Below are positions 54,388-64,000 of a stretch of 64,000 nucleotides of DNA, in pieces. The stretch comes from an uncultured Prevotella sp. (GTDB lineage Bacteria > Bacteroidota > Bacteroidia > Bacteroidales > Bacteroidaceae), in assembly GCA_964487905.1 (NCBI GenBank), contig CAZASQ010000001.1:49613-113612 (forward strand), given 5' to 3'. The notes under the pieces are model-generated. The model made no database searches, was not told where the DNA came from, and was given only the letters and a program-made list of their open reading frames with translations. Both the position numbers and the translations under genes were made by a program. Position 1 is the stretch's first letter. Each line of letters starts with the position of its first letter.

Positions 54388-55610
54388 ATCTTATGGGTTA
54401 TAAAATCATCTTTATTGGAACGCCAATAACGTATCTTGAAGCCAAAGTTGTGCCATAGCAGCCACAATTCATAAGGGAAAATGCGCCAAGCGGGCAATGC
54501 CTCACCCAGACAAGCCAATGCCCGATGCCCCAACCACGACCGAAGAAGCACCGTGGACAAGATTAAGCATCCCGCCAAAGCAACAAGCACCCACCGTTGG
54601 GTCATTATGCCATACGCAAAAGACAGCAACATCGTCAAGAAACTGGCATGCAAGGCCACTTGCCCTACGTTATGCCGCCAACGATGAGCCGCAGAGCGAA
54701 GCATATGGCGACGGTCTTCAAGATAATAGAGCTGCTTATTGCGCCACTCCTTATCGGTTGGGCACTGCTCCACCAGCACACCTTCGGGCGAGTTTTCAAT
54801 TATTGCGGAGTCCTTGTCACGCCGGGCATAATCATTGACGATAAAGTCATACTCTCCGCGCAAATATTTCAGATTGCTTCTGAAACCATCTTGACGCTCA
54901 AATTCCGACCGGCGAAACATCAAGGCATTACCTTCACAACGATAAGCGGTGCCCCGACGCATCTCATGCATAAGATAAAGGCTTGCATAAGAGCGGACAA
55001 ACCGGCGGAAAGACGGTGTATCGTCATCATAACGAGTGTGTCCCAACACCAAATTAACCTCTTTGCCCGCATGACGCGCCATCGCCCGCAACCATTGGTT
55101 GCTTTGCGGGCGGCACGTTATGTCGGTTATGAGCAGCCATTCTGTCTCCGCCGCTTTCTCACCTACGGTTATCGCAAGTTTCTTTCTGCTCATATAGCGG
55201 GAAGACTCAGGAATATAAGTGGAATAGAGATGTGGATTGGATGCGTACTTCTTCAGCACATCATCCGTATCAGACTCCCCTTTCCAAAACACAACGATAA
55301 CTTTGAACGGAGCCGGATAGTCCTGCTCCAAGAAAGCGGGAAGATTCTGTTCCAGCTCCATGGCATTGTCGTGGGGCGTTATGATAATGCTCACGGGCGG
55401 TAATTCCTCTGCCCCATCCTCTGCCCCAACGCTTTGCGTCTCCGTAGCATTGTCTTCATCCTCCGACAAGGCCTCACCTGCATCCCCAATGCGGGGATTT
55501 TCGTTCACGACAGGCCTACGCAGGAAAACATCCGTCAACATGGCGACAACAAAAAGCACCACCATGACGATGCCTAACACTATTGTTATATTGTCAATAA
55601 CAACACTCAT
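54384..55610 (-). CDS. Membrane-bound family-2 glycosyltransferase
   Basis: An N-terminal TM helix and an acidic linker precede the GT-A core (VSIIITPHDNAMELEQNLPAFLEQDYP...VIVV...ITDITC). C-terminal TM helices follow. Confidence 0.65.
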   Translation of the reverse strand: MSVVIDNITIVLGIVMVVLFVVAMLTDVFLRRPVVNENPRIGDAGEALSEDEDNATETQSVGAEDGAEELPPVSIIITPHDNAMELEQNLPAFLEQDYPAPFKVIVVFWKGESDTDDVLKKYASNPHLYSTYIPESSRYMSRKKLAITVGEKAAETEWLLITDITCRPQSNQWLRAMARHAGKEVNLVLGHTRYDDDTPSFRRFVRSYASLYLMHEMRRGTAYRCEGNALMFRRSEFERQDGFRSNLKYLRGEYDFIVNDYARRDKDSAIIENSPEGVLVEQCPTDKEWRNKQLYYLEDRRHMLRSAAHRWRHNVGQVALHASFLTMLLSFAYGIMTQRWVLVALAGCLILSTVLLRSWLGHRALACLGEALPAWRIFPYELWLLWHNFGFKIRYWRSNKDDFITHKI

Positions 55611-55630
55611 CTTCTATCTGCATCAAGACC

Positions 55631-56956
55631 TTACCCCTCACAAGCGAACAGTCTGTCGCTCAGACTTTGCAACGCACGTTGCTTATCTTCCCCGCGAATG
55701 AGGAAAGAGATGTTATAATTACTGCCACCATAACAAATCATACGCACAGGAACGCTTTTCAAGGCATCAATGGCCAAGTCTTCAAAGCCAAGATTATTCC
55801 AATCCAAGTCGCCCACAACGCATATAATGCACATTCCCTCATCTACCGTGACCGTGCCATAGTTCTTCAACTCACTCACTATCTCGGCCAAATGAGCAGC
55901 ATTGTCTATGGTCATTGAAACTCCAACCTCGCTTGTCGCAATCATGTCAATGGATGTTTGATAACTCTCAAACACCTCAAACACCTTGCGCAAAAAGCCC
56001 GAAGCCCCCAGCATACGGCTCGACTTAACCTTTATGGCTACGATATTGTCCTTGGCGGCTACGGCCTTGAGTTTGCCACGTATCAGTTCATTATTGATTA
56101 TAGTCCCCTCCGCATCTGGTTCTATTGTATTCTTCAAGCGCACAGGAATCCCCGCATATTTCGCAGGCTGCACACAGGTGGGATGAAGTATCTTTGCACC
56201 AAAATAAGCCAGCTCCGAAGCCTCCTCAAAGTTAAGCTGCCGCACGGCCTCGGTATGATCCACCACACGGGGATCATTATTATGGATACCATCGATGTCG
56301 GTCCATATCTGTATCTCATCCGCATCCAATGCCACACCAATGAGAGAAGCCGTATAGTCACTGCCTCCCCGCTGAAGGTTATCCACCTCGCCAAAGGCAT
56401 TGCGGCAAATAAAGCCCTGCGTGAGATAGACCTCACTGTCGGGGTGTTCCTTCAAGATTGCCGCCAAATGCTCGCGAATATACCGCGCGTCAGGCTCTCC
56501 ATTCTTGTCCGTGCGCATGAAATCAAGCGCGGAGAGCAAAGACACTTTCACGCCTTTTTCCTCCATATAATTGGCCATCATGGTAGTACTGAGCACCTCG
56601 CCCTGCGCCACGACCTGCTTCTCCTCAAAACTGGTGAAGAGTTCCTTGGTGAAAGACCGCAAAAAGGCAAACTCTTCTTTCAAGAATGCCCGTGTACGCT
56701 GCTTGATTGCCTCCGTCTCATAAAGCACTTCAACGTGCTCCATATACTTCCTTTCCAAGCCATTGATCACCTCATTGGCACTTTCCGGATTCTTCTTGTA
56801 CAAGTATCCCGATATTTCAACAAGCGAATTGGTCGTACCACTCATAGCAGAGAGAACCACAAACGTAGGCTCACCATCACGAGTAACCAAATTTGCCACC
56901 GACTTCATTCTGTCGGGTGTTCCAACAGATGTACCGCCAAACTTCCTTACTATCAT
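55631..56956 (-). CDS. lysC: Aspartate kinase
   Basis: MIVRKFGGTSVG, VVLSAMSGTTN, and C-terminal ACT domains. 441 aa. Confidence 0.9.
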   Translation of the reverse strand: MIVRKFGGTSVGTPDRMKSVANLVTRDGEPTFVVLSAMSGTTNSLVEISGYLYKKNPESANEVINGLERKYMEHVEVLYETEAIKQRTRAFLKEEFAFLRSFTKELFTSFEEKQVVAQGEVLSTTMMANYMEEKGVKVSLLSALDFMRTDKNGEPDARYIREHLAAILKEHPDSEVYLTQGFICRNAFGEVDNLQRGGSDYTASLIGVALDADEIQIWTDIDGIHNNDPRVVDHTEAVRQLNFEEASELAYFGAKILHPTCVQPAKYAGIPVRLKNTIEPDAEGTIINNELIRGKLKAVAAKDNIVAIKVKSSRMLGASGFLRKVFEVFESYQTSIDMIATSEVGVSMTIDNAAHLAEIVSELKNYGTVTVDEGMCIICVVGDLDWNNLGFEDLAIDALKSVPVRMICYGGSNYNISFLIRGEDKQRALQSLSDRLFACEG

Positions 56957-56971
56957 TTTCCCCTCCCAATT

Positions 56972-57712
56972 TTAATGATTACGGTTGGCCAAATCTTGCG
57001 CCTCAGCATCCTCCTCAGCCATCTCTCTCTGCCGCTCGCCATCATCAATAAGGCTGAACGCCTTCTGCTTGCAGCGATACACCTTGCCAGGGAACTGATC
57101 GATGAGGTGAATATTGTGAGTGGACATTATCACGGCCGTGCCCTCACGGCTCGCTTTCTGCAACAGCGACACGATGCTGGCCGCCGTTTCAGGGTCAAGA
57201 TTACCCGTTGGCTCATCGGCTATAATCATTTTGGGCTTGTTCAGCAGGGCACGCGCTATGGCTATGCGCTGCTGCTCACCGCCCGAAAGCTCGCTGGGCA
57301 TTTTATCACGCTTATCGCTCATGCCTACCTCTGCCAACACATCGTCAATGCGGCGGTCAATATTCTCCCGCTCTGTCCATCCCGTGGCTTTCAGAACAAA
57401 ATACAGATTGCGATATACCGTGCGATCGTGAAGCAACTGAAAGTCTTGGAAAATAACGCCCATCTGCTTCCGCAAAGCCGGAACGCGACTACGGCGTATG
57501 CCTAAAAGGCTCTCGCCAAGCACATTGGCACGAATAGCATCTGACGGATCAATATCTAATTCACAATAAACGGTCTTCAGCAATGAGCTTTTACCCGACC
57601 CAACACGGCCGATAATATAAATAAACTCACCCTCTTCCACTTGGAAGTCAACCTCTTTCAGAACGAGTTTCTCATCCTGATATATATTCGCCTTTTGATA
57701 GTCGATTAGCAT
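56972..57712 (-). CDS. ftsE: Cell-division ABC ATPase FtsE
   Basis: Walker A GRVGSGKSS, signature LSGGEQQRIAIARAL, Walker B IIADEPTGNLD. The size (246 aa) is FtsE-like. Confidence 0.8.
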   Translation of the reverse strand: MLIDYQKANIYQDEKLVLKEVDFQVEEGEFIYIIGRVGSGKSSLLKTVYCELDIDPSDAIRANVLGESLLGIRRSRVPALRKQMGVIFQDFQLLHDRTVYRNLYFVLKATGWTERENIDRRIDDVLAEVGMSDKRDKMPSELSGGEQQRIAIARALLNKPKMIIADEPTGNLDPETAASIVSLLQKASREGTAVIMSTHNIHLIDQFPGKVYRCKQKAFSLIDDGERQREMAEEDAEAQDLANRNH

Positions 57713-57829
57713 TTTCTCTTTCTAAGTTCTGATGTTCGGCAAAGTTAAGCATTTTTCTTCAAAAAGAAAGGTGGCAAATAACGGAAAAATAACCACTTTC
57801 TTGTTTTTTCGCCTACAATGACAAACGCT

Positions 57830-58306
57830 TCAATAATTTTCAATGATCCACTTGTGCTTTTTCCGTTGCTTACCACTCAATCTCTGACGCACGAACAGTT
57901 GGAAGAAATCAAAAGAGATTCCTGCCGCAGGAGCATTAAACATGGGATAGCCCGGAGCTGGTTTCACCGCATTCTTGTCTATCTGCCGCGACTTCCCCCA
58001 TACCTCCACCTCATCGAGAGTGTTAAACTTGGGAAGCAATGCCACCGTGTCCGTCAGCTGCGACCGCTCCATAGACAGGGAGACGAAGCCCGAGTGCGTC
58101 AGCGTAAGACTGCGAAAAGGGCGCATGAGTTGATACTGCCCAAGATAGTTGGTCTTCACTTGTTCGCCCATATTGGTCATTACCAACACATCACGCATGG
58201 GGACGCCCGTCTCCATATTAACAACAACGCCCCTACGCTGAGCAACAACGCGTGGGAAAACACAACATACGATTACAAGAAGCAACACTCTGTTCATTCT
58301 GCGCAC
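57830..58306 (-). CDS. Small secreted protein with a carboxypeptidase-regulatory-like fold
   Basis: It has a signal peptide, then RGVVVNMETGVPMRDVLVMTN...TNYLGQYQL, resembling the CarboxypepD_reg motif. Confidence 0.45.
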   Translation of the reverse strand: MRRMNRVLLLVIVCCVFPRVVAQRRGVVVNMETGVPMRDVLVMTNMGEQVKTNYLGQYQLMRPFRSLTLTHSGFVSLSMERSQLTDTVALLPKFNTLDEVEVWGKSRQIDKNAVKPAPGYPMFNAPAAGISFDFFQLFVRQRLSGKQRKKHKWIIENY

Positions 58307-58653
58307 ATCTATTTTTCAACAAAAGTAAGCGTTTTGTTTCTACTCCGCAAAATCTTGCTTCAAAATTAAGTACATTTAAACCATCCTCTCCCAAGCAAGC
58401 CTAACCATTTGGTTAAATTCACATAACATAACGTGAGTTCAACGATACATTGTCGCTGATGGCAGCATTAGGCAAACAGCCACACAGAAAAAGTCCTCAC
58501 ACAGGCTGACGACAACAGTGAAGCATTAATCGTTAAAAAAGACTAAAAACACAAAGCTTTTAACGGGCTTTCTGATTATTATAACTAATTTTATCATCAA
58601 GAACATTCTTCAACATAAGAACCGAATTATTAACTTTAATGTTATTTGTCTTT

Positions 58654-61600
58654 ATGAAGAAAACTTTAATTGTAATCACGATGCTGGCATCGGCTTTATT
58701 GCCATCATCAAAAGGCATGTCGCAAACTGCGCGGCCACTGCCAAAGCCCGGCGTGCGGCAATCGCTTCCATTGCTACAAAAGATTCAGCCAAAAGGGAAA
58801 GTAATCAACAAAAAGCAGTTCAAGGGGCTTCAAGCTGTTGACGCATCGACAACACTGTGGGTCAATGCTAAAGGCGGTGGTGAAACTGGATACTTCTCTT
58901 TTCACCCCACAAGCCCACTGACCCTTACCAAGTTCACAGACACCGACAGCTATATTGCCCGTAATGGCGTCCAGATAGCCGATGGCCATCTGTACGGAGT
59001 TTATTTCCAACGCTATGGAGTTGGCTACGGTGAGTTGACACTCTATGACTACGACCTCTCCACATGGACAGGCAGTGGAACAAGCTACGACCGCTTTGAC
59101 TTGGCCGCGCTGGAGACCGCACAAGCTGCTGATGGCACGGTTTATGGAGAGTTCTACAATGCCACAGCAAGCAACACGGAATATGAACTGGGGACAGTTG
59201 ACTACCGCACAAGAACCCGCACTACATTCGGAAAAACATCGCGCCGCTATGTGGCAATGGGAATAACGAGCGACAACCTGCTCTACGGCATCGCTTCTGA
59301 TGGCAACTTGTATCAAATTGACAAGACAAACGGAGCGGAATCTCTTATAGGCTCCACAGGCCTGACCCTTACCGATGATTGGGGCGGACCGTATGAGCAG
59401 ACGGGAGAAATTGACCAAAAGGACAACATATTCTATTGGTATGCGCAAGACTGCGACTATAACACCGCACTCTATACTGTTGACTTGTCGACTGGCGCAG
59501 CAACAAAGATTGCCGAATCAAACATGACTATGGTCGGTATGACCCTCGCCGCTGCCACTACATCCACCGATGTTCCTGCAACCGTGAGCAATCTCAACGT
59601 GAAGTTTGACGGCACAGCTCTGACTGGTAAGGTTTCGTTCTCCATGCCAACTCACACTGCTGGAGGTATGTCAATCAGCGATCCTCTGACATATACCATA
59701 ACGGCCAACAATTCCCAAATGGCTACAGGAACGGCATTGCCTGGCAAAACTGTTGAGGCAGACATATCCCTCCCCCATAGCGGGCAATATAACTTTGACG
59801 TAACTGTTACCAACAACTCTGGCACATCGGCCAAATCGTCAATCAGCAAATGGGTGGGCTATGAGGCACCAGAGCCTGTAGGCAACTTAAAAGCATCTGT
59901 TTCAAACGGGATTGTAACAATCTCATGGTCCGCGCCGACAATTGGAGTAAATGGTGGTGCTCTGTCATCGCTTACTTATGACATTTACCAGCTGAAAGGC
60001 AGAGACACCACACTGGTTGCAAAGGGAATAAACAGCACCTCATACGTTGATAATGTCTCAGAGGTACAACTATCCAACTACGTCTATGCCGTGAGAGCTG
60101 TCAATGGCGATGCTGCCGGAGCTTTTGCCAATACCGCTTCAATTATTGCTGGTCAAGCTATAGAACCAAACTGGAGCTATGAGTTTCAAGGCGCAAACGC
60201 CCTTTCGTTATTCAAAGTTATCGATGGTAACGGCGATGGTAACACTTGGTGGTGTAACGGAGTAACCGGATACGGTGCCATGAGCAATCAGGGACGCGCA
60301 ACTTTGGCCAGTGACGAATGGCTTGTGACCCCGCCAGTACACCTTTCATCCGACCGTATTTATACCATTGCCTTCCGCGTAAGGAATATGATGGACTCAC
60401 CGCGCAACACGCTGGAAGTGAAGTATGGGACGGAAGCCACCCCTGATGGCCTCAGCAAAACCGCCTTGGAGACATTTAGCCCAGACTATGCCGAGACCAA
60501 CGGAGATTGGCAAGTGTGCCATGCAGACATCATCCCCGATGCTGACGGCTATTTCTATTTTGGTTTCCACGATAATACAGAAGCAGCAGACAAATACCAA
60601 CTTGCTGTGGACAGCATAACCATTACCAAGGGAGGATTCTCAAGTGCTCCGGACTCTGTGACCAACCTCAGCATGACTGTCGCAGAAGAAGGTAAACTGG
60701 AAGCCACGCTGAAATTCACCGCAGCAACACGAACCATAAATGGGAAAACTATCTCCTACGTTGAAAAGTTCGAAATCCTACGCGATGGAACACTTTTAGC
60801 CACCATCCCCCAAACAGTTGGAGGGAACATGGTTACATATACCGACTACAATGTGCCGACCAATGGCTACCACACCTATGAGATTGTACCATATTTAGAT
60901 GGAAACCCTGGTCGCGCGTCTTCGATACGAGCCTATATCGGTCTTGACTTACCAACTATTCCAAAGGGAGTTACCTTCGCCGATGAAGACAAAAGCCTAA
61001 AAGCAAGCTGGAATGCCTTTGGAACAAAAGGAATACACGGTGGCTACATTGCCCCCGAAGAGGTCAGCGTGTCATTCTACACCTTGGAGGTGGGCGATTA
61101 CGGTTATGAAGTTGGCGATTCGCTCACAACAAGCACACAGGGCAGCATAACCGTGTCGGTACCTTTCGATGCAAGCATCACCACGATGCCCGATGGAAAA
61201 ACGCAGACATTGGCATACTTCACCGTAAGGGCTAACAACAGAATAGGTCATAGCGACTACACTTCTGTTCGCGGCGTTGTCGTAGGTCCGAGCATACCCC
61301 TGCCTTTTAGCGAGAGTTTCCGCGGTGGTAATCTGGACAATGGATTCGCTTCACTGTTGGGCAACGACCAATATAACGCTCGCTTTACCGCAGCCTCTTG
61401 GCAAGTCGTTACCGACACCTCTTCGGACAGCGATGGCGGAAGCCTTAGATGGTCGGCTTATAGTCAGGACAATTATGGCAGCGAAGTTGTATATACCATC
61501 CAGCCCGGCGATGAGACATCTGTAAATATGCCGAAGGTGGCATTAGCTGGTGTCGACAATCCACGCCTCAGCTTCGATCTGTACTCTGTACACAGCAATG

Positions 61601-63186
61601 AGGCACACCTGCAAGTATTGGTGCAAACTCCCGATGGAATCGATCACAAGATTGCCGATTATGACCTTACTCAGACTTCGGCTAACGGATGGACGAATTA
61701 CCAAGTAGACCTAACTCCATATACTGACGAACGCTACGTAATTGTAAAATTCAACGGTGTGGCCATCGGTTCTAATATCAACATAGGCATTGACAATATC
61801 GATATCCTCGACCAGGTTGAGCACAACATGACTGTCAAGGACATCACCACTCCCGAGAGTGTCGTTGCAGGCAAGAGCGGTAAGGTAATTGCCAAGGTCC
61901 GCAACATAGGTGCACAATTAGAAAATGGCTACAGCGTTGTGCTCTATGCCAACAATGAGGCTTGCGACACCGTCACAACAGATAAACAGTTACGGTCAAT
62001 GGAAATCGATTCTGTTGAACTTGCTCTGCCAGTGCGTATAAACGAAAGTGCCGAAGTGCTCAACGTGAAAGCAGAGGTCGTGTTGGACAACGACATACTT
62101 GCCGAAGACAACATTTCTGCATCTAAAAAAGTAAAAGTCGTGCAGTCACCTTATGGACGCATAAACGACTTGAACGCAAAAGCTGCCGATGGCGGACGCG
62201 CATCACTTTCTTGGGGCAACCCAGTGCTGCCTGAACCAGAGACGGTTACTGACGGCTTCGAAAGTTACTCTCCTTTCTCAAAGCAATTAGGGCTGTGGAC
62301 CCTCATTGATGGCGACAAGGGTAATACAGGTGCTTTGCAGCCCTCTTCCACCTATCCTGGACAAGGAGAGCCAGCCGCTTTCATTGCATTCAACCCAGAC
62401 TGGTGGATTGAGGACATGACGTGGGTAAACCCAGGCTTGTCTCCATACGATGGCGGACAGTACGCTGCAGCAATCTATGCCCTTGACAGTAACAACAAGT
62501 TAGTAAATCAAGACAACTGGATCATCTCACCGAAACTGTCAGGCAGACGACAGGTGGTGTCGTTCTACGTTATGAATATCGCAGCCGCAGATGGCGATAC
62601 AAGCTATACAGAGAACTTCGATGTGCTCTACTCCACTACTGATACCGACACCACTTCCTTTGTAAAGCTGGAGAGCAACAAGGCCGATGGCACAATTGGA
62701 TTCAGTACTGGCGCAAACTGGAAGTACATCTCTATGGAATTGCCCGAGGGGGCACGCTATTTTGCCATCCATCATAACACGTTGGGACGCAATTCCTACA
62801 TCTTTGGTGTTGACGATGTCAATTATGAGCAGCTTGCTACTGGTGCAGACGACAATATTACTGGGTTTATTGTCTACTGCGATGGCAAGGCTATTGGTAG
62901 TGTTGATGGCGACAGCCGCTCATTTGTTTATGACGGTGCAGAAGGCGACCATACCTACAATGTTACGGTATTGTACACGGCCGATGATGGTTCTGTCAAC
63001 GAGTCTGGTTTCTCCAACGATGCCTCACTCACCGTTACAGGCATCCAAGGTGTTGCTGCCAATGCAGAAGGAATGTATAATGTTTACACTGTCGATGGCA
63101 AAGCCATAATGATTGATGCCAAGAGCCTCAAAGAATTGAAGCCTGGTGTTTATATCATTAACGACAAGAAATACATTATTAAATAA
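58654..63186 (+). CDS. Very large T9SS-secreted surface protein (about 1510 aa) with cleaved-adhesin/choice-of-anchor-J-like and Ig/Fn3-like modules and a C-terminal T9SS sorting domain
   Basis: I prefer the ATG at 58654, which gives a signal peptide. Repeated modules contain SDEWLVTPPVHL...YQLAVDSITI and NQDNWIISPKL...YFAIHHN...FGVDDVNY. The C-terminal ~70 aa (NVYTVDGKAIM...LKPGVYIINDKKYIIK) look like a type-A T9SS CTD. Confidence 0.75.
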   Translation: MKKTLIVITMLASALLPSSKGMSQTARPLPKPGVRQSLPLLQKIQPKGKVINKKQFKGLQAVDASTTLWVNAKGGGETGYFSFHPTSPLTLTKFTDTDSYIARNGVQIADGHLYGVYFQRYGVGYGELTLYDYDLSTWTGSGTSYDRFDLAALETAQAADGTVYGEFYNATASNTEYELGTVDYRTRTRTTFGKTSRRYVAMGITSDNLLYGIASDGNLYQIDKTNGAESLIGSTGLTLTDDWGGPYEQTGEIDQKDNIFYWYAQDCDYNTALYTVDLSTGAATKIAESNMTMVGMTLAAATTSTDVPATVSNLNVKFDGTALTGKVSFSMPTHTAGGMSISDPLTYTITANNSQMATGTALPGKTVEADISLPHSGQYNFDVTVTNNSGTSAKSSISKWVGYEAPEPVGNLKASVSNGIVTISWSAPTIGVNGGALSSLTYDIYQLKGRDTTLVAKGINSTSYVDNVSEVQLSNYVYAVRAVNGDAAGAFANTASIIAGQAIEPNWSYEFQGANALSLFKVIDGNGDGNTWWCNGVTGYGAMSNQGRATLASDEWLVTPPVHLSSDRIYTIAFRVRNMMDSPRNTLEVKYGTEATPDGLSKTALETFSPDYAETNGDWQVCHADIIPDADGYFYFGFHDNTEAADKYQLAVDSITITKGGFSSAPDSVTNLSMTVAEEGKLEATLKFTAATRTINGKTISYVEKFEILRDGTLLATIPQTVGGNMVTYTDYNVPTNGYHTYEIVPYLDGNPGRASSIRAYIGLDLPTIPKGVTFADEDKSLKASWNAFGTKGIHGGYIAPEEVSVSFYTLEVGDYGYEVGDSLTTSTQGSITVSVPFDASITTMPDGKTQTLAYFTVRANNRIGHSDYTSVRGVVVGPSIPLPFSESFRGGNLDNGFASLLGNDQYNARFTAASWQVVTDTSSDSDGGSLRWSAYSQDNYGSEVVYTIQPGDETSVNMPKVALAGVDNPRLSFDLYSVHSNEAHLQVLVQTPDGIDHKIADYDLTQTSANGWTNYQVDLTPYTDERYVIVKFNGVAIGSNINIGIDNIDILDQVEHNMTVKDITTPESVVAGKSGKVIAKVRNIGAQLENGYSVVLYANNEACDTVTTDKQLRSMEIDSVELALPVRINESAEVLNVKAEVVLDNDILAEDNISASKKVKVVQSPYGRINDLNAKAADGGRASLSWGNPVLPEPETVTDGFESYSPFSKQLGLWTLIDGDKGNTGALQPSSTYPGQGEPAAFIAFNPDWWIEDMTWVNPGLSPYDGGQYAAAIYALDSNNKLVNQDNWIISPKLSGRRQVVSFYVMNIAAADGDTSYTENFDVLYSTTDTDTTSFVKLESNKADGTIGFSTGANWKYISMELPEGARYFAIHHNTLGRNSYIFGVDDVNYEQLATGADDNITGFIVYCDGKAIGSVDGDSRSFVYDGAEGDHTYNVTVLYTADDGSVNESGFSNDASLTVTGIQGVAANAEGMYNVYTVDGKAIMIDAKSLKELKPGVYIINDKKYIIK

Positions 63187-63388
63187 ATCATTATCCCCTG
63201 TCAAGGCGGTCTTATGACTGTCCTTGCCAGGGGATGATTACTTAATGAGTAGAAGTTAAAGACTTACTAACAAGCAGCCACATTAACCCTATTTCCCTTA
63301 CCTTTATCATGCAAAATATGCAGGCAACGCTACTGGTCAAGCTTCAACAAAAAAGCGGTAAATCACGCTGCGCACATGCCATATAAAA

Positions 63389-63433
63389 AATAAAGGGCAA
63401 AACGCCGTGCCACAACGATTTTAACCCTTTATT
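63389..63433 (-). terminator. Putative terminator of the 63435.. gene (minus strand)
   Basis: A 9-bp stem, aataaaggg (63389-63397) / ccctttatt (63425-63433), followed on the minus strand by a T-run (the A-run at 63384-63390). The loop is long (27 nt). Confidence 0.4.
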
Positions 63434-63434
63434 C

Positions 63435-64000
63435 TTATTTCAGTTTCTTACTTAGTTGGCCTTTGCTGTTGATACGCAGTTCTATAACATAGGTGGTAAA
63501 AGCATCGGGCAAGCCGATACTTACATCGTAATAGAGGGCATCACCAGTCGCGTGGGAGAATGCTATACCACGCAAAATACACCGAGTCAGGAACTCTGCA
63601 GGAACAAATTGAGCAAATTCCGCTTTGCGAAAGTCATGGCTATACACAAGTTCGCCGTGATTATACGTTGTTATGCGCGCCACATTGTCCAAATACATAT
63701 TGTCCACCTCTATGCCTTGATCGTTGTAAGTGGATCGGACAACCTGATCCGAGGTCGTTTCCACGTGTATACGGGTATCGAAATACCCCATGTCATTACT
63801 TACGACTGTGTCGGCATCGTACGTACGGAAAGTATTTAGCGCGTAAGGGCGCGGACGTTCAAACTCCGTTTCCAACACATGGCTGGTGCTTTTCACGAAT
63901 CGCACCTCATCGCCCGATGGATTTGCGAGTTTGAGCTGATGGGCAGACTGAGACGTTATCTTGTAATGATTGGTATGATTCCCTTGCAAATAAATAGAAT
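63435..64000 (-). CDS. Hypothetical protein, probably truncated by the right window edge
   Basis: The track ORF 63435..63989 begins at a TTG, but there is no in-frame stop between it and the window end, so the true start may lie outside. I recognise no family. Confidence 0.5.
   Translation of the reverse strand, partial: SIYLQGNHTNHYKITSQSAHQLKLANPSGDEVRFVKSTSHVLETEFERPRPYALNTFRTYDADTVVSNDMGYFDTRIHVETTSDQVVRSTYNDQGIEVDNMYLDNVARITTYNHGELVYSHDFRKAEFAQFVPAEFLTRCILRGIAFSHATGDALYYDVSIGLPDAFTTYVIELRINSKGQLSKKLK

Noticed and set aside
55958-57505. A 515-aa plus-strand ORF running antisense across both lysC and ftsE, including the gap between them
   Set aside because: It is striking in length. But the minus-strand products carry canonical aspartate kinase and ABC-ATPase motifs (KFGGTS, Walker A/B, LSGGQ). 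The plus-strand translation has no recognisable motifs and is rich in R, L and H, as is typical of antisense frames. Long antisense ORFs also occur opposite many other genes here: 15128..16288, 47401..48648, 49523..50620, 33171..34157, 39666..40598, 42043..42963 and 3318..4364. This pattern indicates a codon-usage artefact rather than real genes.
58307-58653. An invertible (phase-variable) promoter upstream of the large T9SS adhesin gene
   Set aside because: The AT-rich 330-bp region contains no pair of inverted repeats of about 15 bp or longer flanking a promoter. No site-specific recombinase gene is nearby.

Overview
This 64 kb window looks like a chromosomal segment of a Bacteroidota genome, probably Prevotella-like. 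That guess rests on gene content, TAnnTTTG -7 promoter boxes, a T9SS C-terminal sorting domain, lipoprotein/TonB-receptor loci and a characteristic intergenic repeat. It is inferred, not searched.

The window is densely coding (about 50 genes) and mostly housekeeping:
- Nucleotide and carbohydrate metabolism: purD (5' part), 4-alpha-glucanotransferase, class-3 FBPase, aspartate kinase, uridine kinase.
- Proteases and RNA/DNA enzymes: DPP-IV, a THUMP RNA methyltransferase, rsmG, ruvC, tRNA(Val) m6A37 methyltransferase, a Pif1-type helicase.
- Stress and efflux: a Fur/PerR regulator with reverse rubrerythrin, and a TolC-MacA-MacB efflux operon.
- Envelope: a serine palmitoyltransferase-like enzyme divergent from a lipid kinase, an MscS-kdsA-kdsD-cls operon, ftsE.
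- RNA genes: tRNA-Pro(TGG), tRNA-Cys(GCA) and RNase P RNA.

I found no CRISPR array, transposase, integrase or prophage.

Four things deserve a second look:
1. A three-gene minus-strand cluster at 37355-39520: an NrtR-like Nudix protein, a macro-like (A1S_2505-type)::DUF1810 fusion, and an orphan 182-aa protein. It looks like an uncharacterised ADP-ribose/NAD-derivative processing module.
2. A SusD-less surface locus at 44315-50860: a secreted EEP-family nuclease/phosphatase divergent from an outer-membrane barrel and two paralogous OB-fold-like lipoproteins. This may be an extracellular nucleic-acid capture locus.
3. A dispersed intergenic element present at six loci. Each copy has 3-5 units with a strict ~22-bp period (core CAAAA-ss-wTAys-TTTT), and some copies contain hairpin-forming inverted units.
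4. A 669-bp strand-asymmetric (C-rich, G-poor) intergenic region carrying a G-quadruplex motif on the minus strand.

All functional calls come from motif and family recognition by eye. No database searches were run.
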